Origin: an uncultured delta proteobacterium
Lineage (GTDB): Bacteria > Myxococcota_A > Polyangia > Polyangiales > B10-G4
NCBI GenBank assembly: GCA_963727445.1
Contig: CAVSGI010000015.1
Span: 256,001 to 320,000 of the forward strand
Length of the DNA stretch: 64,000 bases
Direction of reading: 5' to 3'
Shown piece after piece: positions 19,873 through 28,891 of the stretch. Every line of letters begins with the position of its first letter. The first letter of the stretch is position 1. The position numbers and the translations under genes were made by a program. The notes below the pieces were generated by a model. The model had not been told where the DNA came from. It saw only the letters and a program-made list of their open reading frames with translations, and searched no databases.

Positions 19873-20658
19873 CTACGGGTTGGCGAGGGTGGTGAGGGTC
19901 GCCTCGGAGAGCACGCGGTCGTAGAGCCGAGCCTCGTCGACCTCTCCGCTCCATGGCAGAACGCTGGTGCTCGAGGCGTCGCCCCCGATCAGGATCTCGG
20001 CCCGGGAGCTGTCGGCTTCGCCGGCGCCCGAGGCGACCTCGAGGCCGTCGACGTACAGACGTATGGCCACTCCGTCCCAGGTGCCCGCGAGATGGGACCA
20101 CTCGCCCAGCGCGACGGTGAAGGGCTCGCTCCAGATCCAGGTCTCTCCCTCGGCGTCGTTGCCCACGCCGAAGCCTGCGCGTCCCGCGCCGTCGATCCCC
20201 AGCGCCCAGGTGATCGCCCCGGGCTCCGCGCTGTCGCGCAGCTTGGCGAAGGCGGTGGCGCGCGTCAGCGTGCGGGGGCGAACGAAGATCGCCGCGGTCG
20301 CGGCGGTGGCGGTGACCAGACGACCGTCGTCGGTGCCGCGCATGTGCGCTTCGTTGCCGGCGAAGGCGAAGGCGCCGCCCACGCGCCCCATGGCGGCGCT
20401 CGGACAGACCTCGGGCACGCCGCATTCGAGGGTGGGCCCGCCCCCGTAGGGATCGCTGGCGGCGATCGCAGGGGCGTCGTCGAGAGGATAATAGGCGAGG
20501 AGCCCTTCGAGGAGCGTCTCGTCGCCCACGATCTCCACGCAGCGATCCCGCGTCTCGTCGCAGACGAAGCCCTGATCGCAGGGGCAGCGCTTGTCGGAGA
20601 AATCGACGGGCGCGACCGAGCAGCCCGCGAGCATCGCGAGGATCACGACGCGCTTCAC
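19873..20658 (-). CDS. LamG-like (concanavalin A-like) domain lipoprotein
   Basis: Lipobox LAG-C; CPCDQGFVC module; LLAYYPLDD, WSHLAGTWDG..IRLYVDG, GEVDEARLYDRVLS. Confidence 0.85.
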   Translation of the reverse strand: MKRVVILAMLAGCSVAPVDFSDKRCPCDQGFVCDETRDRCVEIVGDETLLEGLLAYYPLDDAPAIAASDPYGGGPTLECGVPEVCPSAAMGRVGGAFAFAGNEAHMRGTDDGRLVTATAATAAIFVRPRTLTRATAFAKLRDSAEPGAITWALGIDGAGRAGFGVGNDAEGETWIWSEPFTVALGEWSHLAGTWDGVAIRLYVDGLEVASGAGEADSSRAEILIGGDASSTSVLPWSGEVDEARLYDRVLSEATLTTLANP

Positions 20659-21449
20659 GGCAACGCGCCCCTGAGCGAGATGGACCCGGGGCCGATGGAG
20701 AGCGCGAGCTCGTCTTCGTCGTCGCCCGCGAGGACGAGGTCGAGGATCAACCAGGTGAGCCCCGCTGCCAGGACCACACCGCCGATCGCGAACATCACGT
20801 TGGCGATGCTGGCCATGCTCTCGGCGTCGCGGAACGACGCGCGGCTCGTCTCGTGCACGGGGTCGTCGACGGCGTCCTGTCTGAGGGACTGGGAGACGGA
20901 ACCGAAGGCGACGCCCGCCCCGAGGCCCAGGGCGCCCAGGCCCGCCACGATCACCGCGGGAATGCTCGGCCCCCGCGAGGGGCCTTCGTCGACCGGCGGC
21001 GTCTCCCCGCCCTCGCCCGACGGAGATTCGTCTTCGCTGACGACCTCGGCCTCCGATCCGTCGGTGGCTCCGCCGCCTCCCTCGGGCTCTTCGGTCACGC
21101 CGCCTGCCACCTGCGCGTCGAGGCGCTCGATCCGCGCCTCCACCAGACGACGGTCCTGCGCATCGGGCGCGCGCTCGAGGTAGTGACGAAAGGCCTCTGC
21201 CGCCTCGGCGAAGCGTCCGAGCTCCTCGTAGGCCCGGCCCAGGTTGTAGCTGATCACCGCCTCGTCGTAGAGGTCGCGCGCCTCGACCAGGAGCTCGACG
21301 GCGTCCTCGAAGCGCGCCTCTTGATAGCGCAGCTCCGCGGCCTCGAAGAGCACCAGGGCGCGCTCGCGCGGCTCTGCACCCTCGGATTGGGCGTGCGCGC
21401 GCGGCACCAGGGCGCCCAGAAGGCCCAAGGCGAGCGTGGTTGAGAGCAC
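20655..21449 (-). CDS. Exported TPR protein with C-terminal membrane segments
   Basis: Signal AHA-Q; TPR motif YNLGRAYEELGRFAEAAEAFRHYL; two C-terminal hydrophobic helices; start moved to GTG 21449 to avoid overlap with the kinase. Confidence 0.75.
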   Translation of the reverse strand: MLSTTLALGLLGALVPRAHAQSEGAEPRERALVLFEAAELRYQEARFEDAVELLVEARDLYDEAVISYNLGRAYEELGRFAEAAEAFRHYLERAPDAQDRRLVEARIERLDAQVAGGVTEEPEGGGGATDGSEAEVVSEDESPSGEGGETPPVDEGPSRGPSIPAVIVAGLGALGLGAGVAFGSVSQSLRQDAVDDPVHETSRASFRDAESMASIANVMFAIGGVVLAAGLTWLILDLVLAGDDEDELALSIGPGSISLRGALP

Positions 21450-21480
21450 CCGAGCTGCTCTGTACGATCCTCGAACCCGC

Positions 21481-23109
21481 ATGGAGGCAACGGCCGACGC
21501 CAACCTACCACAGCGCGTCGGTCGCTACGACGTGCTCGGACGCCTGGAGACGGGCGGAATGGCAGAGATCCTCCTGGGTCAGCTTCGCGGCCCGAGCGGC
21601 TTCGAAGCGCCCGTGGTCATCAAGCGCATCCTGCCGCACCTCGCGCGCGATCCCTCCTTCGAGAAGATGTTCCTCGACGAAGCGCGCATCGCCGCGGGCG
21701 TGCGTCATCCGAACGTGGTGCACGTCCACGAGCTCGGGAGGGAGAACGACGACCTCTTCCTCGTCATGGAGTACCTCGAGGGCGAGCCGGTGATGGGTGT
21801 GCTCCGTCGCGCCGCGAGCCGCGGGATCCGCGTCGACCCGATGGTCTCGGCGCACGTGCTCGCGGAGACGGCGGCGGGGCTCCACGCCGCGCACGAGCTG
21901 AAGGATCCCGACGGCGAGCTCCGCAACGTGGTGCACCGCGACGTCTCCCCCTCGAACATCTTCGTCACCTACGAGGGGCACGTGAAGATCCTCGACTTCG
22001 GGATCGCCAAAGCCGCCGACCGCATGACGAAGACCGACGCCGGCCTGATCAAGGGCAAGTTCGCCTACATGTCTCCGGAGCAGTGTCGCGGCGAGCCCCT
22101 CGACCGACGCAGCGACGTCTTCGGTCTCGGCATCGTGCTCTACGAGATGCTCACCGGACGACGGCTCTTTCAGCGCCGCACCCAGGCCGCCACCATCCGC
22201 GCGGTGCTCGAGCACGAGATCGCGCCGCCCTCGGAGCTCGCGCCCGGCATCCCCGAGGAGCTCGAGCGCATCTGCATGAAAGCGCTCTCGCGATCGAGGC
22301 GCCGGCGCTACCCGACCGCGGCTCAGATGCGCTCGGACCTGAAGAAGGTGCTGGCGGGCGCCTACGAGGACGGCTCGCCGGAGGAGCGGCTCTACGACCT
22401 GATGCAGCGCCTCTTCACCGATCGCATCGAGCAGAAGGGCGAGATGCTGCGGCGGGTGGAGCGCGGCGAAGAGGTGGGGGTGCTGCCGCCCACCATGGCG
22501 GACATCGAGATCGAGCTCCCGAACGCCGAGTCCGTGGCCGCCGGCCAGATGACGAGCGGCGTGATGCGGCGCACCACCACCGGCACCGCGACGCGGCGCT
22601 GGGCGCTCGCCGGCGCCATCAGCGGGGTCGTCGCGCTGGCCGCGGCGATCTTCCTGGGCGTCTCGGTCTTCGGTGGTGAGGACGCCACGCCGCAGCCGAG
22701 CCCCGAGACGGCACCGGCGGTCGCGGCGGAGGCGCCCGGGGTTGTCTCGGTCGCGGTCGCTTCCCTGCCGGCGGGCGCGGAGGTGGTGGTCGACGGAGAG
22801 GTGCGCGGGGTCACGCCGACCACCCTGGTCCTCGATCGGCGCGCGACGCCGGTCGACGTCGAGCTGCGCGCAGAGGGGTACATCACCGGCACCGAGCGCC
22901 TGATCCCCGACGTCGACCAACGCCTGAGGGTGACCCTCGCGCCGGCGCCGCCGCCGATCGCCCTGACCGAGGGAGAGGCGGAGGAGGAAGCAGCGAGCGC
23001 AGCGGACCAGACGCCGACCATGGCCGCGCCCATGCGACGCCGGCGGAGCATGCGCGGGATGACCGCCGCCATGACGAGTGGCGACCGAGACTTTCGTCGG
23101 TGGGATTGA
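21481..23109 (+). CDS. Hanks-type Ser/Thr protein kinase with TM helix and PEGA-like domain
   Basis: GGMAEI, VIKRI, HRDVSPSN, DFG, YMSPEQ motifs; TM helix; SLPAGAEVVVDGEVRGVTP. Confidence 0.93.
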   Translation: MEATADANLPQRVGRYDVLGRLETGGMAEILLGQLRGPSGFEAPVVIKRILPHLARDPSFEKMFLDEARIAAGVRHPNVVHVHELGRENDDLFLVMEYLEGEPVMGVLRRAASRGIRVDPMVSAHVLAETAAGLHAAHELKDPDGELRNVVHRDVSPSNIFVTYEGHVKILDFGIAKAADRMTKTDAGLIKGKFAYMSPEQCRGEPLDRRSDVFGLGIVLYEMLTGRRLFQRRTQAATIRAVLEHEIAPPSELAPGIPEELERICMKALSRSRRRRYPTAAQMRSDLKKVLAGAYEDGSPEERLYDLMQRLFTDRIEQKGEMLRRVERGEEVGVLPPTMADIEIELPNAESVAAGQMTSGVMRRTTTGTATRRWALAGAISGVVALAAAIFLGVSVFGGEDATPQPSPETAPAVAAEAPGVVSVAVASLPAGAEVVVDGEVRGVTPTTLVLDRRATPVDVELRAEGYITGTERLIPDVDQRLRVTLAPAPPPIALTEGEAEEEAASAADQTPTMAAPMRRRRSMRGMTAAMTSGDRDFRRWD

Positions 23110-23115
23110 GCTGAC

Positions 23116-25992
23116 TTGGCTGCGAAGAAGAAGCGCGCATCCAAGAAGTCGGTCGCGATCCCGCTCGCGCATCGCCTGCCGAATCCGCCCGCCGTCTACG
23201 TCGGCCGGGAGTCGGACCTCGCCTGGTTGGCCGAGGCGATCGAGCGTGCGCCCGTCACGCTGATCGCGGGTCCCGGCGGGGTCGGCAAGACCGCGCTGGT
23301 GCTGCAGACGCTGCACACGCGCTTCAGTCGGAAGGTCGATCGCGTGATCTTCGTCGACGTGCCGCCGGGACAGCCCGCGGCCCAGGTGCGCCAGGACATC
23401 CTCCGCGCGCTGGCGGCGGTCGCGGGCGATGCGATCGATTGGCCGGCGATCCAGGCCGACCCCGAAGCGGTGACGGCCGCCGCGCTCGACCTGGCGGAAG
23501 CCGGCCCCTTCTTCGTGGTGATCGACGACGTCTTTCAGGGCGAGTCCGACGAGACGGCGGAGATGCTGATCCGCCTGGCGAGCTATGCGCGCAAGAGCCG
23601 ATGGATCGCCACCAGTCGCTCGAGCCCGCACCGGCGCGAGCTCGCGGGGCAGGTGCTGACCCTCGCCGCGATGAGCGACGACGAGCTGGCCACGCTGGCC
23701 GCGGCCTGGGCACCCGGAGCGGACGCGGTGACGGTTCGGCGCGCGATCGCGCGGGCGAGCGGGAGCCCGTGGCTCCTGTCGCAGCTGCTCGTGACGGGCT
23801 CCTCCGAGGAGTCGCTTCAAGAGGAAGGGCTGTTGGCCGGGCTCACGGGTGAAGCGGCCGAGTTCCTCCGCGGCCTCACCCTTGTCGAGATCCCGCTGCC
23901 GCTGCCGGTGCTGCGCCTCTTCACTCCCGACCCCGGACCGGACGCCCTCGCCACCCTCGAGCAGCGCGGCCTGGTGACGCGGAGCGCCGGCGGGATCCGC
24001 CTCCACGACGTGGCGCGCGGTCTGCTGTCGAGCGGGCGACGAAGCGATCACGGCGACGAGGCGGCGCACGCCGCCGCGCTCCTCGCCCAACAGGAGTCCC
24101 TCGACGCGCGCCTCGAGGCCGCGCGCCTCCTGTCGCGCCTCGGGCGCAGCGAAGCGCTCTCCGATCTGTTGGACCGCGACGCCGAGCGCTTCCTCGACGG
24201 CGGCTACGCGCCGCGCCTGTGGAAGATCCTCCGCGAGAGCGCCGACCCGAAGGTCGAGTCGTGGAAGCTCCGCTGCGCGGCCGAGCTCGGCAACCCCACC
24301 GCCCTCGCGCAGGTGCACGCGCCAGCGCGCAGCGGCCCGGCCGAGACGCTGGCGTGGGCGCGCACCCTGCGCGCCAGCGGCGACGCTCAGGACGCGGCCG
24401 CGCAGCTCGACAAGATCCTCGCCTCCCCCGATCTCGATCCGGAGACGCGCCGTGAAGCGCGCCTCCTCCGCGCCGCCTGCGCCATCCACCTCGGCCACTA
24501 CGCCGACGCCCGCGCAGCCCTCGAAGAGGCCGGCGCCACCGACGCCCCCACCGCCCTCGCGCGGGACGCCGCCCGCGCCCTCGCCGTCACTCTCGAGGGG
24601 GGCACGCCCCCCCTCGCGGATCTGTCGGAGCTGCGCCGGCGCGCCCTCGAGACCCCCGAGCCCGGCGCCGCCGCGCGCGATCTGGCCGAGGCCTTCGCCT
24701 CCCTCGGCATGATCGCCGAGGCCGGCGAGCTCGCCAGCCGCGGCCGCCCCCGCGGCGCTCAGGCCGTGCTCCTGTCGAACCGCGAGAGCATCCTGTTGAG
24801 CGCGCGAGCCCACCTCGAGCGTGGCGATCTCGACGGCGCTCGCCGCCTCACCGACGAGATGCGCGCCTTCGCCCGCGGCTCGTCGCTCCTCTTGCCAGCG
24901 CTTCATCACCTCGACGTCTCTCGACGCCTCGCCGCGGGCGAGCTCGATGGCCTCGCGCCCTTCCTCGAAGCATGCGTACGCGAAGTGGAGGGCATCGACG
25001 CCCGCGCCGACATCGAGCTCGCCACCGTCCGCGTTCGCCTCTCCCTCGCCCGCGCCGACGGCGCTGGGCTGCCCCCGATCCCCGAAGCTCTGCGAGCCAC
25101 CCGTGCGGGCCTCGTCCACGCCTACTGGGAAGCGATCCGGTCCACACGCGACAGTGGCGACCCGCGCTTCGCGGCGCCGCCGCCCGAGGGCGACCGGCGC
25201 CTCGAAATCCTCCAGGAGCTCCTCCTGTCGACTCACGCACTCTCCGAAGGCGACACCGCCACCGCGACCCACCACGCCGTCGAGGCGGTGCGCCTCGGCG
25301 TGCGGTACGAGCTGGCGCTTCTCGAAGCGCACGGACGCGCCCTGCTCTCGGACGCGCTGCTCTGCGCCGGACGGCGCGCCGACCTCGCGCGCGAGGCAGC
25401 ACATCTCGAAGAGCTCGCGCGCGGGATGGGCTCGACGCGTTACGCGCTCGAAGCGAGCCTCTACCTCGAAGCGTCGGCGCGCGAGCGCCTCGCGCCGGCG
25501 CTCCTCGAGCGCCTCGCCGCCTCGGCCCACGTCGCCCCCACCGCGGCGCGGCGCGCTCGAGCGCTCCTGGGCGCCGAGCCGGCCCTCGACCACGTGGACC
25601 TGCGCGTCCTCGAGAGCCTCGCCACGAGCGCCGGGCCCTTCGAGCTCATCGGCGGCGCCGAAGCCAGCGAGGAGTGGGTGCCCGCGTGGGGCATCGACGA
25701 GCCGATGCGCAGCGTGTGGCTCCCCGACGGTCGCACGGTCGAGGTGGCCGGGCAGAGCCTCCGCATCCTGATGGTGCTCGCGGACCGGGGGGGACGGGCC
25801 ACGAAGGAGGAGCTGGTCTGCGCGGCCTGGGACGAGGACGAGTACCACCCGCTTCGCCACGACGGGAAGCTCCACGTCGCGGTGAGGAAATTGCGCGAAA
25901 CCATCGAGGACGATCCGAAAAAGCCCATTCGCCTCGCCACCGCCGAGGACGGATATCGGCTCGGCGGCCCGGTGCGCAGGTGCGGATCCTGA
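23116..25992 (+). CDS. STAND-like P-loop NTPase with helical repeats and C-terminal winged-helix (OmpR/PhoB-type) DNA-binding domain
   Basis: YVGRESDL; Walker A GPGGVGKT; Walker B VVIDD; C-terminal TKEELV...W...LHVAVRKLRETIE..P..P....GYRL. Confidence 0.78.
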   Translation: MAAKKKRASKKSVAIPLAHRLPNPPAVYVGRESDLAWLAEAIERAPVTLIAGPGGVGKTALVLQTLHTRFSRKVDRVIFVDVPPGQPAAQVRQDILRALAAVAGDAIDWPAIQADPEAVTAAALDLAEAGPFFVVIDDVFQGESDETAEMLIRLASYARKSRWIATSRSSPHRRELAGQVLTLAAMSDDELATLAAAWAPGADAVTVRRAIARASGSPWLLSQLLVTGSSEESLQEEGLLAGLTGEAAEFLRGLTLVEIPLPLPVLRLFTPDPGPDALATLEQRGLVTRSAGGIRLHDVARGLLSSGRRSDHGDEAAHAAALLAQQESLDARLEAARLLSRLGRSEALSDLLDRDAERFLDGGYAPRLWKILRESADPKVESWKLRCAAELGNPTALAQVHAPARSGPAETLAWARTLRASGDAQDAAAQLDKILASPDLDPETRREARLLRAACAIHLGHYADARAALEEAGATDAPTALARDAARALAVTLEGGTPPLADLSELRRRALETPEPGAAARDLAEAFASLGMIAEAGELASRGRPRGAQAVLLSNRESILLSARAHLERGDLDGARRLTDEMRAFARGSSLLLPALHHLDVSRRLAAGELDGLAPFLEACVREVEGIDARADIELATVRVRLSLARADGAGLPPIPEALRATRAGLVHAYWEAIRSTRDSGDPRFAAPPPEGDRRLEILQELLLSTHALSEGDTATATHHAVEAVRLGVRYELALLEAHGRALLSDALLCAGRRADLAREAAHLEELARGMGSTRYALEASLYLEASARERLAPALLERLAASAHVAPTAARRARALLGAEPALDHVDLRVLESLATSAGPFELIGGAEASEEWVPAWGIDEPMRSVWLPDGRTVEVAGQSLRILMVLADRGGRATKEELVCAAWDEDEYHPLRHDGKLHVAVRKLRETIEDDPKKPIRLATAEDGYRLGGPVRRCGS

Positions 25993-26036
25993 ATCCGCCG
26001 GCAAGAGGACGGACCGGCTGCTAGGCTTCGGCCGCC

Positions 26037-27206
26037 ATGCGCCGTGCCTTTCTTTTCCTGCCTTTGTTCGCCGTCACCGCCTGCGCCGCCAACGGCGGAA
26101 CAATCGATGGAGGCGGCCCGGACGCATCGCTCCCCGACGCCACCCCCGACGCGACCCCAGACGGCGCCCCGATGGACGGGGCGATGCCAATGGATGGCTC
26201 CACGCCCGACGCGATGGCTGACGCCGACGCGGGAGCGGTCTGTGTGTGCCCGGGCCTGCCGGCCTGCACCGGCGCGATGCCCGACACCCCGGCCTTCGCG
26301 CCCGAAGGCACGGCCTTCGTCGACCAGCTCTTCCAGGTGATCGCCTGCGCCGACACCACGCTGGACATGGCGATCTACGAGACCACCTACGACTGCGTGG
26401 TCGACGCCCTGGTGACCCGGCTGACCGCCGACTCCGGCCTGACCATCCGCCTGGTGATCGACGACGACATGTGCCCCCTCGGCGCGGGCGGCGTGCGCGA
26501 CTGCGCGCTCTCACGCATCGCCGACAACCCGCGGGTCACCATCGTGGACGACGCGCGCTCCGCGCTGATGCACCACAAGTTCATCATCGCCGACGGTGAA
26601 GAGGTGTGGGTCGGCTCGGGGAACATGACCCGCTCGAGCTTCTGCACCGACTACAACAACTCCATCGTCGTCACCCAGTCGGAGATCGTGGCCGGCTACC
26701 AGGCGGCCTTCGATCAGATGTTCGGCGGCGACTTCAGCCCGCAGCCGGTGGCGCCGGGGATCGCGGGCGGCAGCTACACGCTCTACACCAGCCCCCGCTC
26801 GCCCATCTCCTCGCCGTCGCCCTGGTTCGACGCGCTTGTGACCGCCATCGACGACGCGAGCACGAAGGTCGAGGTGATGATCAGCGCCTGGACGCGGACC
26901 GAGGTCTCGGACGCGCTGATCCGCGCCCACGGCCGCGGTCTCACGGTGCGCGCCCTGGTCCGCAGCTCCTACGTGGACGACCCGCCGGCCCAGGCCCTGA
27001 TCGCCGCCGGCATCGAGGTCCGCCACGACAACGTCCACAGCAAGGTCGCCATCATCGACGACCACCTGGTGTTCACCGGCTCCCCGAACTGGTCCATGAA
27101 CGCGTGGAGCAACAGCGAGGGCAGCCTCTTGATCGACGACGCCACCGTGGCCGCCGCCTACGCCGCCGAGCTGGCGCGGGCGTGGCCGATGGCCGCGACC
27201 CCCTGA
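26037..27206 (+). CDS. Phospholipase D-superfamily lipoprotein (Nuc-like)
   Basis: Lipobox VTA-C; two HKD motifs HHKFIIAD...GSGN and HSKVAIID...GSPN. Confidence 0.87.
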   Translation: MRRAFLFLPLFAVTACAANGGTIDGGGPDASLPDATPDATPDGAPMDGAMPMDGSTPDAMADADAGAVCVCPGLPACTGAMPDTPAFAPEGTAFVDQLFQVIACADTTLDMAIYETTYDCVVDALVTRLTADSGLTIRLVIDDDMCPLGAGGVRDCALSRIADNPRVTIVDDARSALMHHKFIIADGEEVWVGSGNMTRSSFCTDYNNSIVVTQSEIVAGYQAAFDQMFGGDFSPQPVAPGIAGGSYTLYTSPRSPISSPSPWFDALVTAIDDASTKVEVMISAWTRTEVSDALIRAHGRGLTVRALVRSSYVDDPPAQALIAAGIEVRHDNVHSKVAIIDDHLVFTGSPNWSMNAWSNSEGSLLIDDATVAAAYAAELARAWPMAATP

Positions 27207-27217
27207 GCGACCGCGCA

Positions 27218-27919
27218 TCAGAAACAGGGCAGCGCCGGTGTGCACCATTCGCCGGTGTTGATCGGCGGCACCACCACCAGCAGGTAGCGCTCGAAGGCGA
27301 GCACCGTGCCGTCGCTGCGCTTGACCTGGTAGCGGAACGGATAGGCGCGCAGGCAGCTCTCGAAGCCGACGCTCGCGTCATAGGTGAAGGTGGTCTCGAA
27401 GTTCAGCTCGGTGGTGCCGACCACGCCGCGAAAGCGCTCGGCGTCGGCCTCCACCACGGCGACGTTCTCCGGCGGGTTGGCGAAGAGCGCCACCGAGCCG
27501 TCCCAGAAGTCGGCGGCTGTGAGGCCGTCCGCGTCGCGGGCGTCGCGCGACTCGAAGGCGCCCGCATAGTCCTGACCCGAACCGCGGATCACGAGGGTGT
27601 GCGAGGCGCGCACCATGCTGCCGGGCATCTCGAGGAGGCGGAAGACCACGTCGTCGGTCGGGACCGCCGGGACGAGCGGGTCGTAGTTGTTGAAGACCTC
27701 GACGAAATCGGAGTAGCCGTCGGCGTCGGTGTCGGGGTCGAGGGGGTCGGTGCCGCGATCCAGCTCCGTCTGGTTGCACAGGCCGTCGCCGTCGTCGTCG
27801 CCGCGGTCGGGAGCGCCGTCCGCCAGGCCATCGGTGGACGCGTCGCTCGGCGGCTCGGTGGTGCCCGGGCATCCGGTCAGCAGCGCCACGGAAAGGACGA
27901 GGGCAGTTCGACCGAGCAT
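27218..27919 (-). CDS. Lipoprotein with Ca-binding DxDxDG (TSP3-like) repeats
   Basis: Lipobox LLTG-C; DDDGDGL..GTDPLDPDTDADGYSD..E. Confidence 0.72.
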   Translation of the reverse strand: MLGRTALVLSVALLTGCPGTTEPPSDASTDGLADGAPDRGDDDGDGLCNQTELDRGTDPLDPDTDADGYSDFVEVFNNYDPLVPAVPTDDVVFRLLEMPGSMVRASHTLVIRGSGQDYAGAFESRDARDADGLTAADFWDGSVALFANPPENVAVVEADAERFRGVVGTTELNFETTFTYDASVGFESCLRAYPFRYQVKRSDGTVLAFERYLLVVVPPINTGEWCTPALPCF

Positions 27920-28047
27920 CCGACTGAAGAGCCTGTAGCTCCCTCGGCCAGGGGTCAACAGCGACGCCAACGAGGGGGCAACGATGGCGCGGGCCCGATC
28001 GGGGCGCAGCGTGGACGGAGGCGTCATTGTCGGCTACATGGGCGCCC

Positions 28048-28884
28048 ATGGCGCTGAATCCAGAGGCCGCTGGCCAACAGACCGAAGAGCTCGTCCACAC
28101 CTACGACTGGAAGGACCAGGTCCTCTACGCCCTCGGCGTGGGCGCCAAGCGCGCGGAGCTCGACTTCCTCTACGAAAAGCGTGGGCCCAAGGTCCTGCCG
28201 ACCTACGCGGTGGTGCCGACCTTCCACGTGAACTCGAAGCTCTTCGAGGTGATCGGCGGCGACCTCCTCGGGGTGGTGCACGGCGGCCAGGGCATTCGCC
28301 TGCACAAGCCCTTCGCGCCGAAGGGCACGCTCAAGACCGTGGGCACCGTGGCCGGTGTCTACGACCTCAAGCGCATGGCGACCACGGTGATCACCACCGA
28401 GACCCGCGACGAGAGCGGCGACCTCGTCTGCGAGACGAGCTGGAACATCATCTACCGCCTCGACGGCGGCTTCGGCGGCACGCCCCCGCCCAAGACCCCG
28501 AAGGTGCGGCCCCCCGAGCGCGCCCCCGACTTCCGCGTCGAGGAGAAGACCAGCGAGGAGCAGGCGCTCCTCTATCGCCTGAACGGCGACCTGAACCCGC
28601 TCCACGCCGATCCCGAGATCGCGCAGAAGGCGAAGTTCGACCAGCCGATCCTCCATGGCCTGTGCACCTACGGCTACGTCGGTCGCGCCGTCCTGCACTC
28701 GGTCTGCGACGGCGACCCCATGCGCTTCAAGGCGCTCGAGGGCCAGTTCCGCAAGCCGGTCTGGCCAGGCGACACGATCATCACCGAGGGCTGGAAGGAA
28801 GAGGGCCGGGTGATCCTGCGCGCGTCGACGAAGGAACGTCCCGAGGACTACTGCTTCACGAACGCCTGGGCCGAGGTCGACTGA
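28048..28884 (+). CDS. MaoC-like double-hotdog (R)-enoyl-CoA hydratase (MFE-2 hydratase 2 type)
   Basis: LYALGVG; YRLNGDLNPLHADP; PILHGLCTYG. Confidence 0.9.
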   Translation: MALNPEAAGQQTEELVHTYDWKDQVLYALGVGAKRAELDFLYEKRGPKVLPTYAVVPTFHVNSKLFEVIGGDLLGVVHGGQGIRLHKPFAPKGTLKTVGTVAGVYDLKRMATTVITTETRDESGDLVCETSWNIIYRLDGGFGGTPPPKTPKVRPPERAPDFRVEEKTSEEQALLYRLNGDLNPLHADPEIAQKAKFDQPILHGLCTYGYVGRAVLHSVCDGDPMRFKALEGQFRKPVWPGDTIITEGWKEEGRVILRASTKERPEDYCFTNAWAEVD

Positions 28885-28891
28885 AGAGCCG

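Noticed and set aside
23107..23118. In-frame TGA between kinase and regulator (possible read-through or selenocysteine)
   Set aside because: A fusion would place the NTPase/wHTH after the exported PEGA domain; no SECIS-like hairpin recognised; same frame occurs one time in three by chance
21505..26004. 1499-aa minus-strand ORF
   Set aside because: Antisense shadow of the kinase and NTPase genes; long open antisense frames are expected with high GC3; no motifs
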